Shown: positions 8,040 through 19,562, numbered from the stretch's first letter. The stretch: 64,000 bases of DNA from an uncultured Alphaproteobacteria bacterium (GCA_963806075.1 CAWDWT010000023.1:2763-66762); one strand, 5' to 3'. Translations and numbers: made by a program. The notes: generated by a model not told the origin, from the letters alone.

Positions 8040-10610
8040 CTACAACTCGATCATCTGCTTTATACGGGCAGCCATCGTTTCGACGGGGAACGGTTTGGTC
8101 ATCACCGCCATACCCGGAGCGAGACGCCCATTGCCCAGCACCGAATTTTCGGCGTATCCGGTGATGAACAGAACCTTGAGCTCGGGTCGGGTAATGCGGG
8201 CGGCGTCCGCCATTTGCCGGCCGTTCATTCCGCCAGGCAAGCCGACATCCGTAACCAATAGATCGATCCGGGCGTCAGATTGCAAAAGCTTAAGGCCGGC
8301 TACGCTATCGGCAGCCTCAACCGCGACGTAACCGAGTTCTTCGAGAATGTCGGAAATAAGCATGCGTACTGTTGGCTCATCATCCACAATCAGTACCGTC
8401 TCGCTATGCCCTGAGGGTGACATGTCCACGGCCTTGGTCGGCTCATCGTCTCTAGCGAGTTCGCCATAGTAGCGCGGCAAATAGATGCAGACCGTCGTGC
8501 CTTGGCCGACCTCAGAGTAGATGCGGACTTGTCCGCCAGACTGTCGGGCAAACCCGTACACCATGCTCAGTCCGAGGCCGGTGCCTTCGCCCGTCGGCTT
8601 GGTGGTGTAGAAGGGCTCAAAGGCCCGCGCGAGGACTTCGGGCGGCATGCCGACGCCGGTATCGCTCACGCAGAGGGACACGAATTGTCCTTCCGGAATA
8701 TCATGCTGCCGGCCGCTTCGCGTCGAGCCATTTGTTCGCGGTTTCGACGGTAATTTTTCCCCCATCCGGCATGGCGTCACGGGCGTTGAGGCAAAGGTTC
8801 AGCAGCGAGTTCTCGAGCTGTGAAGGGTCAACCAGCGTCGGCCAAAGCCCCGATAGGCCCACGAATTCGAAAGCTATCGTCGGTCCGACTGCGCGCTGGA
8901 TGATCTCCTGCATGTCTGCAGCCAATTGGTTCACATCCGTGGGCTTTGGCTCAACGTTTGGCGACGCGAAAAGGCGAGCAACCGATGGGTCAGAGATGCC
9001 GCTCGCTTAACAGCCCCCTGCGCCGCAGTCATGTACCGCTCGACATCGTTCACACGTCCTTGCCGCACGCGCGTCTGCATGAGTTCGAGCGAACCCGAGA
9101 TACCGGCCAGAAGATTGTTGAAGTCGTGCGCCAGACCACCCGTGAGTTGACCCACTGCTTCCATTTTTTGTGATTGTCGCAGAGCGTCCTCCATAGCGCG
9201 CTGTTCGACGAGCGCGGCTGCAATACGATTTTGCAGGGAGGCGTTCAGGTCGCGCAATGCCACCTCGTTGCGGCTTCGCTCCACGGCGACCCGCGTTCTC
9301 GCCGCGACCTCGCGGATCAAGCGCGAGATCTTCCGGAGACCACGCACGGACGGCGTCGTGGTTGACGAAAGAGGACCGCCACCAGACGTCCGTGTTCGAG
9401 GGTCGGAACGTTGACGAAGGAGCGGGCGCTCCGCGATTTCAAAGCGTCCGCTGCGCTCGCCGTGCGCTCGTCCTGTTCGACATCGCTGATGCTCAGAACT
9501 CGCCGCGTTTCAGGCTTTCGACGAACGAACCGTACGATCGCAGGGGAAGCACGCCAGCGAGCGTCTCGACACCAGGTGCGTTCCAGTCGCCGCCGACCTC
9601 GAGCGTTTCCGCATCGGGGTCGATCGTGCCGTAGCCGACGCGGCTGACCTTAAGGGCTTGACCGATGATTTCGGAGGCCGTGAACGCAATATCGTTGGGC
9701 TCGGTCAGATCGTGGATCTTTTCAGTCAGGCGCACCAATGTTTCGCGCCGCGCCTCAGCTCTCACGCGATCAGTTACGTCATAACCGCCGACGAAAATTC
9801 CGGTGACCTCGCCGCTGTCGTCTCGAAGGGGCTCATAGACCAAGTCGATGTAGCGGTCGTCATTCTCCGCCGAAAGGCGTATCGCCATCGCCTGCGCGGC
9901 AAAGGGCTTCCCGGTCGCGTAGACCCGGTCAAGCAGCTCGTGGAAGCCTTGCCCCTCGAGTTCCGGAAACACTTCGCGCACGCTTCGTCCGATGAACGCT
10001 CGTGGGCCGGAAATGGCGACATACGCATCGTTGACGTACTCGAAGACGTGCTCGGGACCCGTGAGCACGCCGACGAACCCTGGCATCTGCTGGAAGATCG
10101 CACGCTGCCGCTCGCGCTCGGCCGCCTGTCTTCGCTCCGCAAGGACTCTTGCCGTAGTCTCGACCACTATCGCAATGACGCCAGCCGGCTTGCCCCGCTC
10201 GTCGGGCACCGGGGAATAGTCGAGATTCATCCAGACCTGTTCGGGCCGGCCGCTCCGATAGAGCGTCAATTCCTGATCTTTGTAGGCAAGCGTGCCGCCC
10301 GCCAAACCGACTCTCATGACGTTGTCATTGAAGTCCGCGACCTCAGGCCAACCTTCTCTCACTTTCGAGCCAAAGAGGGCCGGGTGTCGTCCGCCGGCAA
10401 AGACCGAATAGGCATCGTTGTATATCATGATGCCGTCTTCGCCCCACAGAAGAACGATCGGCACCGGGGACTGAAGGACCAGCCGACTGTCGTTCTCAAA
10501 CTCTGAGGCCAGCTCTCGATCGGGCCGAGTGGCGTTCTGGACCAGTCGTACTCGCGCAAAAGAGCGCCCATTTTGCCGCCGCCTGCGGCAAATAAGGGGA
10601 CCTTGGCCAT
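8040..10610 (-). CDS. Hybrid sensor histidine kinase/response regulator (PAS-PAS-GAF-HisKA-HATPase-REC); several indels
   Basis: GGKMGALLREYDWSRTPLGPIESWPQSL N-terminus; PAS segments; QKMEAVGQLTGGLAHDFNNLL; DTGVGM, FEPFYTTK, GTGLGL; receiver LIVDDE...LLVTDVGLPGGMNG. Confidence 0.9.
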
Positions 10611-10788
10611 TAGCGCTCCTCTAGAACGGGGCATTCGAACCATCGTGCAGATTTATATTGCTCGGCAACCCCACAGCGCTTCGCTGCCGTCGCTACGATC
10701 GAACGAAACTTCCCGCCGAAGCGGTTACCGGCGTAAGCAGACCGATGGGTCTCTTGACCCTGGCGCGGTGGAGGATGAAGCGCGGCCG

Positions 10789-13700
10789 TCACTCGGCCGG
10801 GACGGTTGCGTCCTTCGCCGGCCGGGCCACGCGCGCCGGGGCGGTCGGCGCGGGCTTCGCCCGTCCAGGCGCATGCTCGTGCGGCGCATGTTCGTCGCTC
10901 GGGCCGATCAGGCGGCTGAACAGGCGCCACGTGAGGCGGCCGATGTCGTCCATCACCGTGAACACGCGCCGGCACGAAGACGAGCGACAGCAGCGTCGAC
11001 ATGATGAGGCCGCCGATCACCGCGATCGCCATCGGCGAGCGGAAGCCGCCGCCGTCGCCGAGACCCAGCGCCGAGGGGAACATGCCCGCCGCCATCGCGA
11101 TCGTCGTCATGACGATCGGCCGCGCGCGCTTGCGGCCGGCCTCGACCAGCGCCTCGAGCCGCGGCGTGCCGCGGCCGATCTCCTCGATCGCGAAGTCGAC
11201 CAGCATGATCGCGTTCTTGGTCACGATGCCCATCAGCATCAGGATGCCGATGACGACCGGCATCGAGATCGCCTTGTGGGTGATGAGCAGCGCGATGATC
11301 GCGCCGCCGATCGACAGCGGCAGCGAGACGCAGGATGGTGATCGGCTGCAGGAAACTGCCGAACAGCAGCACGAGCAGGCCGTAGACCATCATCAGGCCG
11401 GCGCCCATCGCCGCGGCGAAGGAGGCGAACACCTCGCTCATGACCTCGACGTCGCCGGTCTCGCGGATCTCGACGCCGGGCGGCAGGTTCTTGGCGGTCG
11501 GCAGCGCGTGGATCGCCGTCGACCGCGTCGCCGAGCGCGGCGTCGCCGTGCAGGTCGGCCTCGATCGTCACGCGCCGCGAGCGGTCGTAGCGGTTGATCG
11601 CGGTCGGTCCGTGGCTGATCGAGAAATCGGCGACGACCGAGAGCGGCGTGGTCGCGCCGCCGACGGTCGGCACGCGCAGACTCCTGCAGCAGGCCGACGC
11701 GCGAGCGCGCCGACTCGTCGAGCTCGACGCGGATCGGCACCAGCCGGTCGCCGGCGTTGAACTTGGCGAGATTGGCGTCGATGTCGCCGAGCGTCGCGAC
11801 GCGGATCGTGTCCGGACAAGCGCCTCGGTCGAGACGCCGAGATCGGCGGCCACCTGCCGCTTCGGTTCGATCCGCAATTCCGGCCGCTCGAGCTCCGCCG
11901 TCGACATCGGATTCTCGATGATCGGAATCGTCGCGCATCTCGCTTGCGAGCTGGTTCGCCGTGTCGTTGATGACGTCGATGTCGGGTCCGGCGATGATGA
12001 GCTGCAGGTCGCGCTGGCCGTTGTCCTTCATGAACCAGAAGCGGATGTCGGGCTGGTCGGCGAGCATCGCGCCGATCTTCAGTCTGCAGGTCCTTCTGCG
12101 TCGCCTCGCGCTTCGGACTTGTGGACGAAGATTGATGACGAAGGTCGCCTTGCGCGGCTCGGAGCGCCGCAGGCGCCGCCGAGGATCTGGCCGCCGAAGA
12201 TCAGCGCCGAGCGCACTTCCGGCATGGCGCGCAAGCTTGTCGCGAGATCGCTGCGCGTGACGCGGTCGGTGTCGTCGAGCCGCGAGCCCGGCGGCAGTTC
12301 GACCGCGAGCAGGACGCGGCCTGACATCGTCCGCCGGGATGAAGCCTGACGGCAAGCAGCCTCGTCGACCAGAGCGAGGCGGCGAAGATCAGCGCGCCGA
12401 CGACGATGCGTGATCCAGCGATGGCGGACGGAGGCGCGCACCAGCCGCGTGTAGCCGCGCATGATCGCGCCGTCGGTCGTCCGCGTGCGCCGCGCGGGCG
12501 CGCGCAGGAAATAGGCGGCGATCACCGGCGTGACGAAGCGCGCGACCATCAGCGAGAACATCACCGCGATGGCGACGGTGAGGCCGAACTGGCGGAAATA
12601 CTGGCCCGCGATGCCGCCCATGAAGCTGACCGGCGAGAAGATCGCGACGATCGACAGCGAGATGGCGATGACCGCAAGGCCGATCTCGTCGGCCGCCTCG
12701 AGCGCGGCGCGCCAGGCGGATTTGCCCATGCGCATGTGGCGCACGATGTTCTCGATCTCGACGATCGCGTCGTCGACCAGAATGCCGGTGACGAGGGTGA
12801 TCGCGAGCAGGCTGACGAGATTGAGCGAGAAGCCGATCGCGCTCATCGCCCAGAAGGTCGGAATGATCGAGAGCGGCAGCGCGACCGCGGTGACGATGGT
12901 CGCGCGCAAGATCGCGCAGGAAGATGAACACGACGATGACCGCGAGCAACGGCGCCCTCGATCAGCGTCTCCATCGTCGAATGATAATTGCCGAGCTCGT
13001 TGTCGACCTGGGTGTCGACCTTGGTGAAGGTCACCTCGGGATGCGCGGCCTGCGATCTTCGCGAGCCGCGTCGGAGATCAGCTCGTCGACCGTCACGTCG
13101 CTCGCGCCCTTGGCGCGGGTGACGGCGAAGGCGACGATCGGCTCGTCGAACAGGCGGGTGAAGGTGCGCGGCTCGGCGGCGCCGTCGGTCACCGTCGCCG
13201 AGTTCGTCGAGCCGGACCTTGCGTCCGCCCGGCAAGCGCGATCGGCAGCGCGGCGAGATCGGCGACGTTGCGCGCGCCGGCCAGCGTGCGGATCGCCTGC
13301 TCCTGGCCGCCGAGCTTCGCCGCGGCCGCCGCCGAGATCGACGTTGTTGGCGCGCACCTGCTCGTTGACCGCCGCGGCGGTGACGCCGAGCGCCAGCAGC
13401 TTCTCGCGGATCGAGCGAGACGCGAATCTCGCGATCGACGCCGCCGAAGCGCTTGACCTCGCCGACGCCGTGCAGGCTCTGCAGATTCGCGCGCGACCGA
13501 ATCGTCGATGAACCACGACAATTGCTCGACGCGTCATGCCCGGCGCCGAGGCCGCATAGGTGACGATCGGCAGGCCCTCGATGTCGATGCGGCTGACGAT
13601 CGGCTCGTCGATGGTGCGCGGCAGGTCGGCGCGGATCTTGGCGATCTGGTCCTTCACGTCGTTGAGCGCGCGGTCGATGTCGACCGAGCCGACGTTGAAC

Positions 13701-13987
13701 TGGACGATGGTCGAGGACGAGCCGTCGGTGACGGTCGAGGCGATGTGCCAGACGCCGTTGAGGCTCGCGACCGCGTCCTCGATCTTCTTCGTCACCTGCG
13801 ATTCGAGTTCGCTCGGCGCCGCGCCCGACTGGGTGATCAGCACCTGCGACGATCGGAATGTCGATGTTGGGAAAGCGCGAGATCGGCATCGACCGGAACG
13901 CGACGAGGCCGAGAATCGTCAGCACCGCAAAGGCGACGATCGCGGGGATCGGCTGCGGATCGACCAGGCGGAGACGTTGAGGCGCAT
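10789..13987 (-). CDS. RND efflux permease (AcrB/AcrD/AcrF superfamily); heavily frameshifted as read
   Basis: MRLNVSAWSI...FPNIDIP; LSLLAITLVTGILVDDAIVEIENI; IGILMLMGIVTKNAIMLVDFA; RARPIVMTTIAMAAGM, spread over many frames. Confidence 0.88.
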
Positions 13988-14000
13988 CGGGTTCGCCTCC

Positions 14001-15262
14001 CTAGCCGCCGGCGCGGTCGTTTCGGGCGCCGGGCGCACGCGGTCGCCGGGGCGCAGGAAGGCGGCGGCGCGGGCGACGACGCTTTCGCCCGCGATCAGGC
14101 CGTCTTTGATCTCGACCGCGTCGCCCTGCGACGATGCCGGGCGTCACGCGCCGTTCCTCGACCTTGCCGTCGCGCACGACATAGAGCCGCGCCGTCGTCG
14201 CCGTCGCGCCGCAGCGCCGCGGTCGGGCGCGCCGACGCCGTCGCGCCGCACGATCTCGACCTCGCCGGAGGCGAAGGCGCCGACATGGGCGTGCGAGACG
14301 TCGGACGAGCGCGATGCGCACCTTGCCGGTGCGGCTCGCCTTGTCGACTTCCTGGGTGATCAGCCGCACCCGGCCCGGGACCGGATCGGCGACGCCGGGC
14401 AGGCGGATGCGAGGCCGGCATGCCGACGGCGAAGCGGGCCAGCGACTGTTCCGGCGCGTCGGCCTCGAGATCGATCGCGCCGTCCTCGATGATGCGGAAC
14501 AACGGCTCGCCCGCGCCGGAGGCGGTCGCGCCGAGCCTCGCCGAGCGGCGGCTGACGAGGCCGGCGACCGGCGCCTTCACTTCCGTGCGGGCGATGCGCA
14601 CCTTCAGCTCCTGCCGCTCGGCGTCGCGCGCCTTGCGGTCGGCTTCGGCGACGCTCGAGCGCGTTGTTGCGCCGAGTCGAGCTGCGCCTGCGCCGTCTTC
14701 ATCGTCGTCTCGCGCTGCTCGATCGTCGAGCCGGCGACATGTCGCCGCCCGAGCTTCTGCGCGCGGTCGTAGTCGCCGGAGGCCGAACTGAGCTGCGCCT
14801 CGGACTGGGCGATCAGGCTCTTGGCCTGTTCGATCGCCGCGTCGGCGCGCTTGTCGCGGCGTCGTTCTCGGCGAGCAGGGCGTCGAGCTGGCGTGCGGTC
14901 GAGGCGGGCGAGCACCTGGCCCTTCTTCACCCAGTCGCCGTCCTCCGCGTCGAATCTCGATCAGCGCAGGCCGTCGAGCGGCGCGGCGACCATCGCCTCC
15001 TCGCGCGCCACCAGCGTGCCGGAGACGAACAGCCGATCGACGAATTCGCGCCGCGCGGCCGGCGCGACGGTGACGGCAGGCGGCGGCGGAGCGGCCGGCG
15101 CTCGGCCGCGGTCTCTGCGGGGCACGCGGCGCCACCTCGTTCGGCGGCGATTTTCGCCAGGAGCGCCGGAGGCAGCGCGCAAGGCGCGAAAGCGGTTGCG
15201 GCCCAAACGCCCCCAGGCGCCGCGACCGCGAGCGCGACGATGATGAGCAGGGTGCGCCGCAT
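14001..15262 (-). CDS. RND periplasmic adaptor (membrane fusion protein); many indels
   Basis: PPAVTVAPA...LFVSGTLVAREE, VKKGQVLARLD, EVKAPVAGLVSRR.ARLG, EPLFRIIEDG.IDLEAD. Confidence 0.85.
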
Positions 15263-15264
15263 CT

Positions 15265-15914
15265 TCAGACCTCCCTGCGCGAGGCGGCCCGGTCGGGCTC
15301 AAGCGCGCCGGCGAACAGCGCCCTAAGAACGCCGACCGCCATCGCCGTCTCCGCGTCTCGATCGAAATCGGGTTCGATCGCGATCCTCTTGAACAGACCG
15401 GCGACGAACGTGAAAAAGAACTGCGCGCCAAAGCGGGAATCGAGCGCCGGCGAGGCCGCGCCGGCCGCCTTCGCAGCGTCCATCAGCCGTTCCAGCCCCC
15501 CGAGCACGTCAGCGTCTATCGCCCGGGTGATCTCGCGCGACACGCGGATTGCGGCCAGCCTCAGCCCAGATCTCGACAATCATGCGCGCTTTTTCGGCCG
15601 GACGGGAGAGAACATGTTCGCGCAGGCCCGCGCACAAGGCCTCCGATAATGTTGCCGCTGTGAGCCATCAATCGGCAAACGCCCGCGCTCGCTCCTGCCT
15701 GATCGACCGCGCAAAGGCCCTCGACAATCGCTTCCTTGGACGGGAAGTAGCGGTAAAGATTGCCGGCGCTCATGCCGATCTCTTCGGCCACATGCTGCAT
15801 CGTGGTCGCGTGAAAGCCGTGCCGGACGAAGGCGCGCTCAGCCGCTTCGAGAATGCGTTCGCGCCTCTCGGCGTCGGCGGCTTTCCGCGCTGTGGGTAGG
15901 GAGGCTATCGACAT
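15265..15914 (-). CDS. TetR/AcrR-family transcriptional regulator; indels
   Basis: RERILEAAERAFVRHGFHATTMQHVAEEIGMSAGNLYRYFPSKEAI helix-turn-helix; first gene of the efflux operon. Confidence 0.9.
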
Positions 15915-15923
15915 ATCGCGACC

Positions 15924-15949
15924 CATGAGAATGAACGTTCATTCTCATG
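15924..15949. promoter_or_regulatory. Perfect 26-bp palindrome, probable TetR operator
   Basis: CATGAGAATGAAC|GTTCATTCTCATG immediately upstream of the tetR start. Confidence 0.75.
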
Positions 15950-16040
15950 ACATCCAAACTGCGGCGCCAATATGGCGAACAAACCGCGCCCGATCGCGCC
16001 ACGCTAGGTCTTTGCCCCCGTGGCCCTTCCGGATTTCGGG

Positions 16041-17294
16041 TCAGACGGCCGGCGGTTTCGCGATGGCCGCGACATCAGGCCCCGCGCGTGGATTCGGGAG
16101 CAGCGCCCCCAGGAGGCCGATCGCCGGCAGGAAGGCGCAGATCTGATAGACGAAGCCGATGCTGGTGCGGTCGGCGATGGCGCCGAGCATCGCCGCGCCG
16201 ATCCCGCCGAGGCCGAACGACAGCCCGAAGAAGAGCCCGGCGACCGCGCCGACATTGCCGGGCGTCAGCTCCTGCGCGTAGACGACCATCGCCGAGAAGG
16301 CCGAGGAAATCACGAGGCCGATCGCGATCGAATTGATGATCGTGCCCGTGAGCCCGAGATGCGGCAGCAGCAGCGTGAACGGTAGAACGCCGAGGATCGA
16401 TCCCCAGATCACGAATTTGGCCCCGAAGCGGTCGGCGAGCGGCCCGCCGAGGAAGGTGCCGGCCGCCACCGCCGCGAGGAAGACAAACAGCATCACCTGC
16501 GCCTGCTGGATCGACACGTGGAAAGTGTCGATCAGATAGAAGGTGTAGTAGCTGCCGATGCTCGCGAGATAGACCACCTTCGAAAACAGCATGACGATCA
16601 GCACGGCGATCGTGCGGACGACGACCGCGCGCGGATGCGTTGGCCCCGTCGACGCCAAAGCCTGCTTGCGCGCCGCGCGATGCGCCGCATACCACCGACT
16701 GACGCCGGTAAGAAGCACGACGGCGACCAGCGCGAGCAGGGTGAAGGCGATAACCGAATGCTGGCCGAAAGGCACGACGACGAAGGCCGCGAGCAACGGG
16801 CCCATCGACTGGCCGAAATTGCCGCCGACCTGGAACAAGCTTTGCGCGAAACCATGCCGCCCGCCGGAGGCGGCGCGGGCGACGCGCGACGCCTCCGGGT
16901 GGAACACCGCGCTGCCGATGCCGATCACGGCCACGGAGAGCAGAATCAGCGAATAGGTGTTGGCGAAGGCGAGCAAGGCGAGACCGACGAGCGTGAAGGC
17001 CATGCCGACCGGCAGAATCGCGTTCAGCGGCCGCCGGTCGAGCGTCAAGCCGATCAGCGGCTGCAGGAGCGAGGCCGTAAGCTGAAAGACGAAGGTGATG
17101 ATGCCGACCTGGAAGAAACTGAGCGCGAGCTTCTGGTGGAATACAGGATAGAGCGCCGGCGCCAGCGACTGCATCACGTCGTTGAGCATGTGCGAGGCGC
17201 TCAGCGTCACGATCACGCCAACCGCGGTCGTTTCGGCGCTCTTTCGCCGCCCGGCGGCGGTTTCGGCATCGGCATAGGTCGGCGCTGTGGTCAA
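16041..17294 (-). CDS. fsr: MFS transporter, Fsr (fosmidomycin resistance) family
   Basis: SHMLNDVMQSL, FQLTASLLQP, FHPEASRVAR.ASGGRHGFAQSLFQVGGNFG, SSAFSAMVVYAQEL.PG.VG. Confidence 0.88.
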   Translation of the reverse strand: MTTAPTYADAETAAGRRKSAETTAVGVIVTLSASHMLNDVMQSLAPALYPVFHQKLALSFFQVGIITFVFQLTASLLQPLIGLTLDRRPLNAILPVGMAFTLVGLALLAFANTYSLILLSVAVIGIGSAVFHPEASRVARAASGGRHGFAQSLFQVGGNFGQSMGPLLAAFVVVPFGQHSVIAFTLLALVAVVLLTGVSRWYAAHRAARKQALASTGPTHPRAVVVRTIAVLIVMLFSKVVYLASIGSYYTFYLIDTFHVSIQQAQVMLFVFLAAVAAGTFLGGPLADRFGAKFVIWGSILGVLPFTLLLPHLGLTGTIINSIAIGLVISSAFSAMVVYAQELTPGNVGAVAGLFFGLSFGLGGIGAAMLGAIADRTSIGFVYQICAFLPAIGLLGALLPNPRAGPDVAAIAKPPAV

Positions 17295-17396
17295 ATCCCT
17301 CTCCCGGCGCGCCGATGGACGAGCCCGCCGGCGCGATCGCAGCGACCGCGAAAGAGCGGTCTCTTGTCTCGAGTTGATACTCTTGAGTTCTTACAC

Positions 17397-17937
17397 TTAC
17401 TTGGGCGCCAGAACCATGATCATCTGGCGGCCTTCCATCGACGGCTCCGCCTCGACCTTGGCGATCGGCGCGGTTTCCGTCTTCACCCGCTGCAGGAGCT
17501 TGAAGCCGATGTCCTGATGGGCCATCTCGCGGCCGCGAAAGCGCAGCGTCACCTTGACCTTGTCGCCTTCATCAAAGAAACGGCGCACCGAGCGCATCTT
17601 CACTTCATAGTCGTGGTCGTCGATGCCCGGACGCAGCTTGATCTCCTTGATCTCGACCACCTTCTGGCGCTTGCGCGCCTCGGCCGACTTCTTCTGCTCG
17701 AGGAAGCGAAATTTCCCGAAATCGAGGATCTTGCAGACGGGCGGCGTCGCGTTGGGAACGATTTCGACCAGATCGAGCGAGGCTTCTTCAGCGAGTTGTC
17801 TGGGCGTCTGCGAGATTGACGACGCCGTGATTGTGACCCTCGGCGTCAATAAGCTGGACTTGGACTGCGCGGATGTCGCGATTGACGCGGGGCCCGCCTT
17901 TCTCCGGCGCCGCGGTTGCCTTCATAGGACGACGAAT
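17397..17937 (-). CDS. infC: Translation initiation factor IF-3, ATT start codon; one indel near 17795
   Basis: AGGAG-7nt-ATT CGT CGT CCT; [15 protein letters not shown]; [21 protein letters not shown]; [17 protein letters not shown]; RFRGREMAH. Confidence 0.93.
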
Positions 17938-18047
17938 GGCCACTCTCCTGTTGTTCGTGTTGGCAGCGTGCACAGGGCGCGCGCAAAAACTCCGCTCAGA
18001 GCCTCGGCCCTGCGGATTTCTAGAGATGGGTCAGAAGAGGGGCGAAG

Positions 18048-18381
18048 TCAATCGGCGTCGGGTCTGGCGAACCAGTGCGGCCAGCGGTTTTCCAGCCAAT
18101 CGAGGACGCGCGTGACGCCACGCCGCACGATCGGCAGATCCTCGGCGAGCAGGATCAGGCCGAGAGGGAGCATCCATAGCCCGAACACCGGAAGGATGCT
18201 GAAAAACCCGCCGAGGATGAGGACCACGCCGCGGGTATGCGCGCCCACCGCGATTGCGGCTCAAGAAGCCAATGGATCGCGGACCTGATGCGGTTCGGCA
18301 GCCGGTCGATCAGGCTCGTCAAGCCGTCGCCGGTGGCGCTCGTCGCTCGCGTCCGGAAGATTGGTCAGCCTCGATCACCAT
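18048..18381 (-). CDS. Small membrane protein (conserved-hypothetical type); indels
   Basis: Reconstructed MVIEADQ...LIDRLPNRIRSAIHWLLEP.SRWARIP.GVVLILGGFFSILPVFGLWMLPLGLILLAEDLP; hydrophobic hairpin. Confidence 0.65.
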
Positions 18382-18446
18382 CGTCAAACCAAATTCGTCG
18401 ATAGAAACGTCAGCGTCGACGTTCCACATGATTGCTGCGATGCACC

Positions 18447-18845
18447 TCACGAGCCGGCAGCTGATGCGCTCGTGCTGTTGCGCAGCCAACCAGCGAATTC
18501 GTCTTCCGACATCCCTCCGGAAGCAAGCGCGAGCATGACCTCTGTCGCGCTGGTTTCGCTGGCTGTCAGATCGAGACCGTTCAAACGCAGGAAGACATAG
18601 GCCGCCAAAAACCCCGTCCGTTTGTTTCCGTCGACGAAGGGATGGTTGCGGACGATCCCGGCTGCATAGGCCGCCGCCAACATGCAGATGTCGCCCTGGC
18701 CATAGCCGTGAAGGCTCAACGGCCGCGCCAAGGCCGAGTCCAATAAAGCCGCGTCGCGCAATCCGGAGGCGCCGCCGTGCTCTGCGAGTTGGGCCTCGTG
18801 GACGGCATCGATGACGGAGCGCAGCACCCAAATCGGCTCCGTCAC
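18447..18845 (-). CDS. doc: Doc (death-on-curing) Fic-family toxin
   Basis: AVHEAQLAEHGGASGLRD..LLDSALARP; HPFVDGNKRTG (Doc-type Fic motif with Lys); GTG start. Confidence 0.92.
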   Translation of the reverse strand: MTEPIWVLRSVIDAVHEAQLAEHGGASGLRDAALLDSALARPLSLHGYGQGDICMLAAAYAAGIVRNHPFVDGNKRTGFLAAYVFLRLNGLDLTASETSATEVMLALASGGMSEDEFAGWLRNSTSASAAGS

Positions 18846-18867
18846 TTGTCGCGTTCGCTCACCGAGT

Positions 18868-19096
18868 TCATTTGGCGAGTTCACGGAGCGCGTTGCGGAA
18901 TTTGCCCATGCCTTCCCGGGCGAGACGCATTTGCGCTTCAAACTTCGGATCGTATGGCGTGATCCGCATTGAACCGTCCGGCGACTTCGGTGAGATGGAG
19001 ACTGTCGCCATTTTTGAGATTGAGGCGCGCCAACACCTCTCTCGGCAGAACCACGCCAAGCGAGTTCCCGACAGGTCGGACTTTGAGCTGCGCCAT
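18868..19096 (-). CDS. AbrB/MazE/SpoVT-family antitoxin; one indel
   Basis: MAQLKVRPVGNSLGVVLPREVLARLNLKNGDSLHLTE / SPDGSMRITPYDPKFEAQM..AREGMGKFRNALRELAK, directly upstream of doc. Confidence 0.9.
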
Positions 19097-19111
19097 GACC
19101 AGGTTCCCAGA

Positions 19112-19135
19112 ATGTTATTACAGATATAATAACAT
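19112..19135. promoter_or_regulatory. Toxin-antitoxin operator/promoter inverted repeat
   Basis: ATGTTATTA-CAGATA-TAATAACAT, perfect 9-bp arms, 15 bp upstream of the antitoxin ATG. Confidence 0.75.
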
Positions 19136-19274
19136 ACAGAATCGCGGCTGCAAGCGTTCGGACTTCCGGCCATGAGCTGCGAGGCTTCGGCGCGGGCGCA
19201 ATCAAAAAAAGGCCTGAATGCGGAGGTTAGGTGCGGGAGCGTAAATTCGAGAAAAATGGAATATTCAGGCAAGG

Positions 19275-19562
19275 ATGGCCGCTATGCATAGGAAAAACGA
19301 TCTTCGCCGCACGCCTCTCGCGGCGATCATCTTGTCTTTGGCGCTCACGATTGGATTGCTGGATTCACAATCGGCTCTTGCCGACGGCTGTGGAGGCTAT
19401 TGCAAAGCAAGAGCGGTGCGCTCCATTTGCCATGACGCTGTTATCGCGAAAGGCTTGACCGGTCTCCAGCGGCACGTTGAATTTGAAAAATGCAAGGTCG
19501 ATCCGATGACCCATCGGCAAGTAGAAGAAGAACTCACAGACGGCAATGTGAACTTCGACTAG
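19275..19562 (+). CDS. Small secreted Cys-containing protein, weakly PsiF-like
   Basis: Signal peptide ending SALA; four Cys; C..AV.AKGL.G..R...F.KC segment. The start may be ATG 19284. Confidence 0.6.
   Translation: MAAMHRKNDLRRTPLAAIILSLALTIGLLDSQSALADGCGGYCKARAVRSICHDAVIAKGLTGLQRHVEFEKCKVDPMTHRQVEEELTDGNVNFD

Noticed and set aside
350-18845. Phd (350) and Doc (18447) as a split phd-doc pair
   Set aside because: Doc has its own adjacent AbrB antitoxin, and the Phd protein has the PIN-associated C-terminus.
18846-19272. Long 252-aa Doc and 134-aa antitoxin ORFs
   Set aside because: Both arise from one indel in the antitoxin and out-of-frame read-through.
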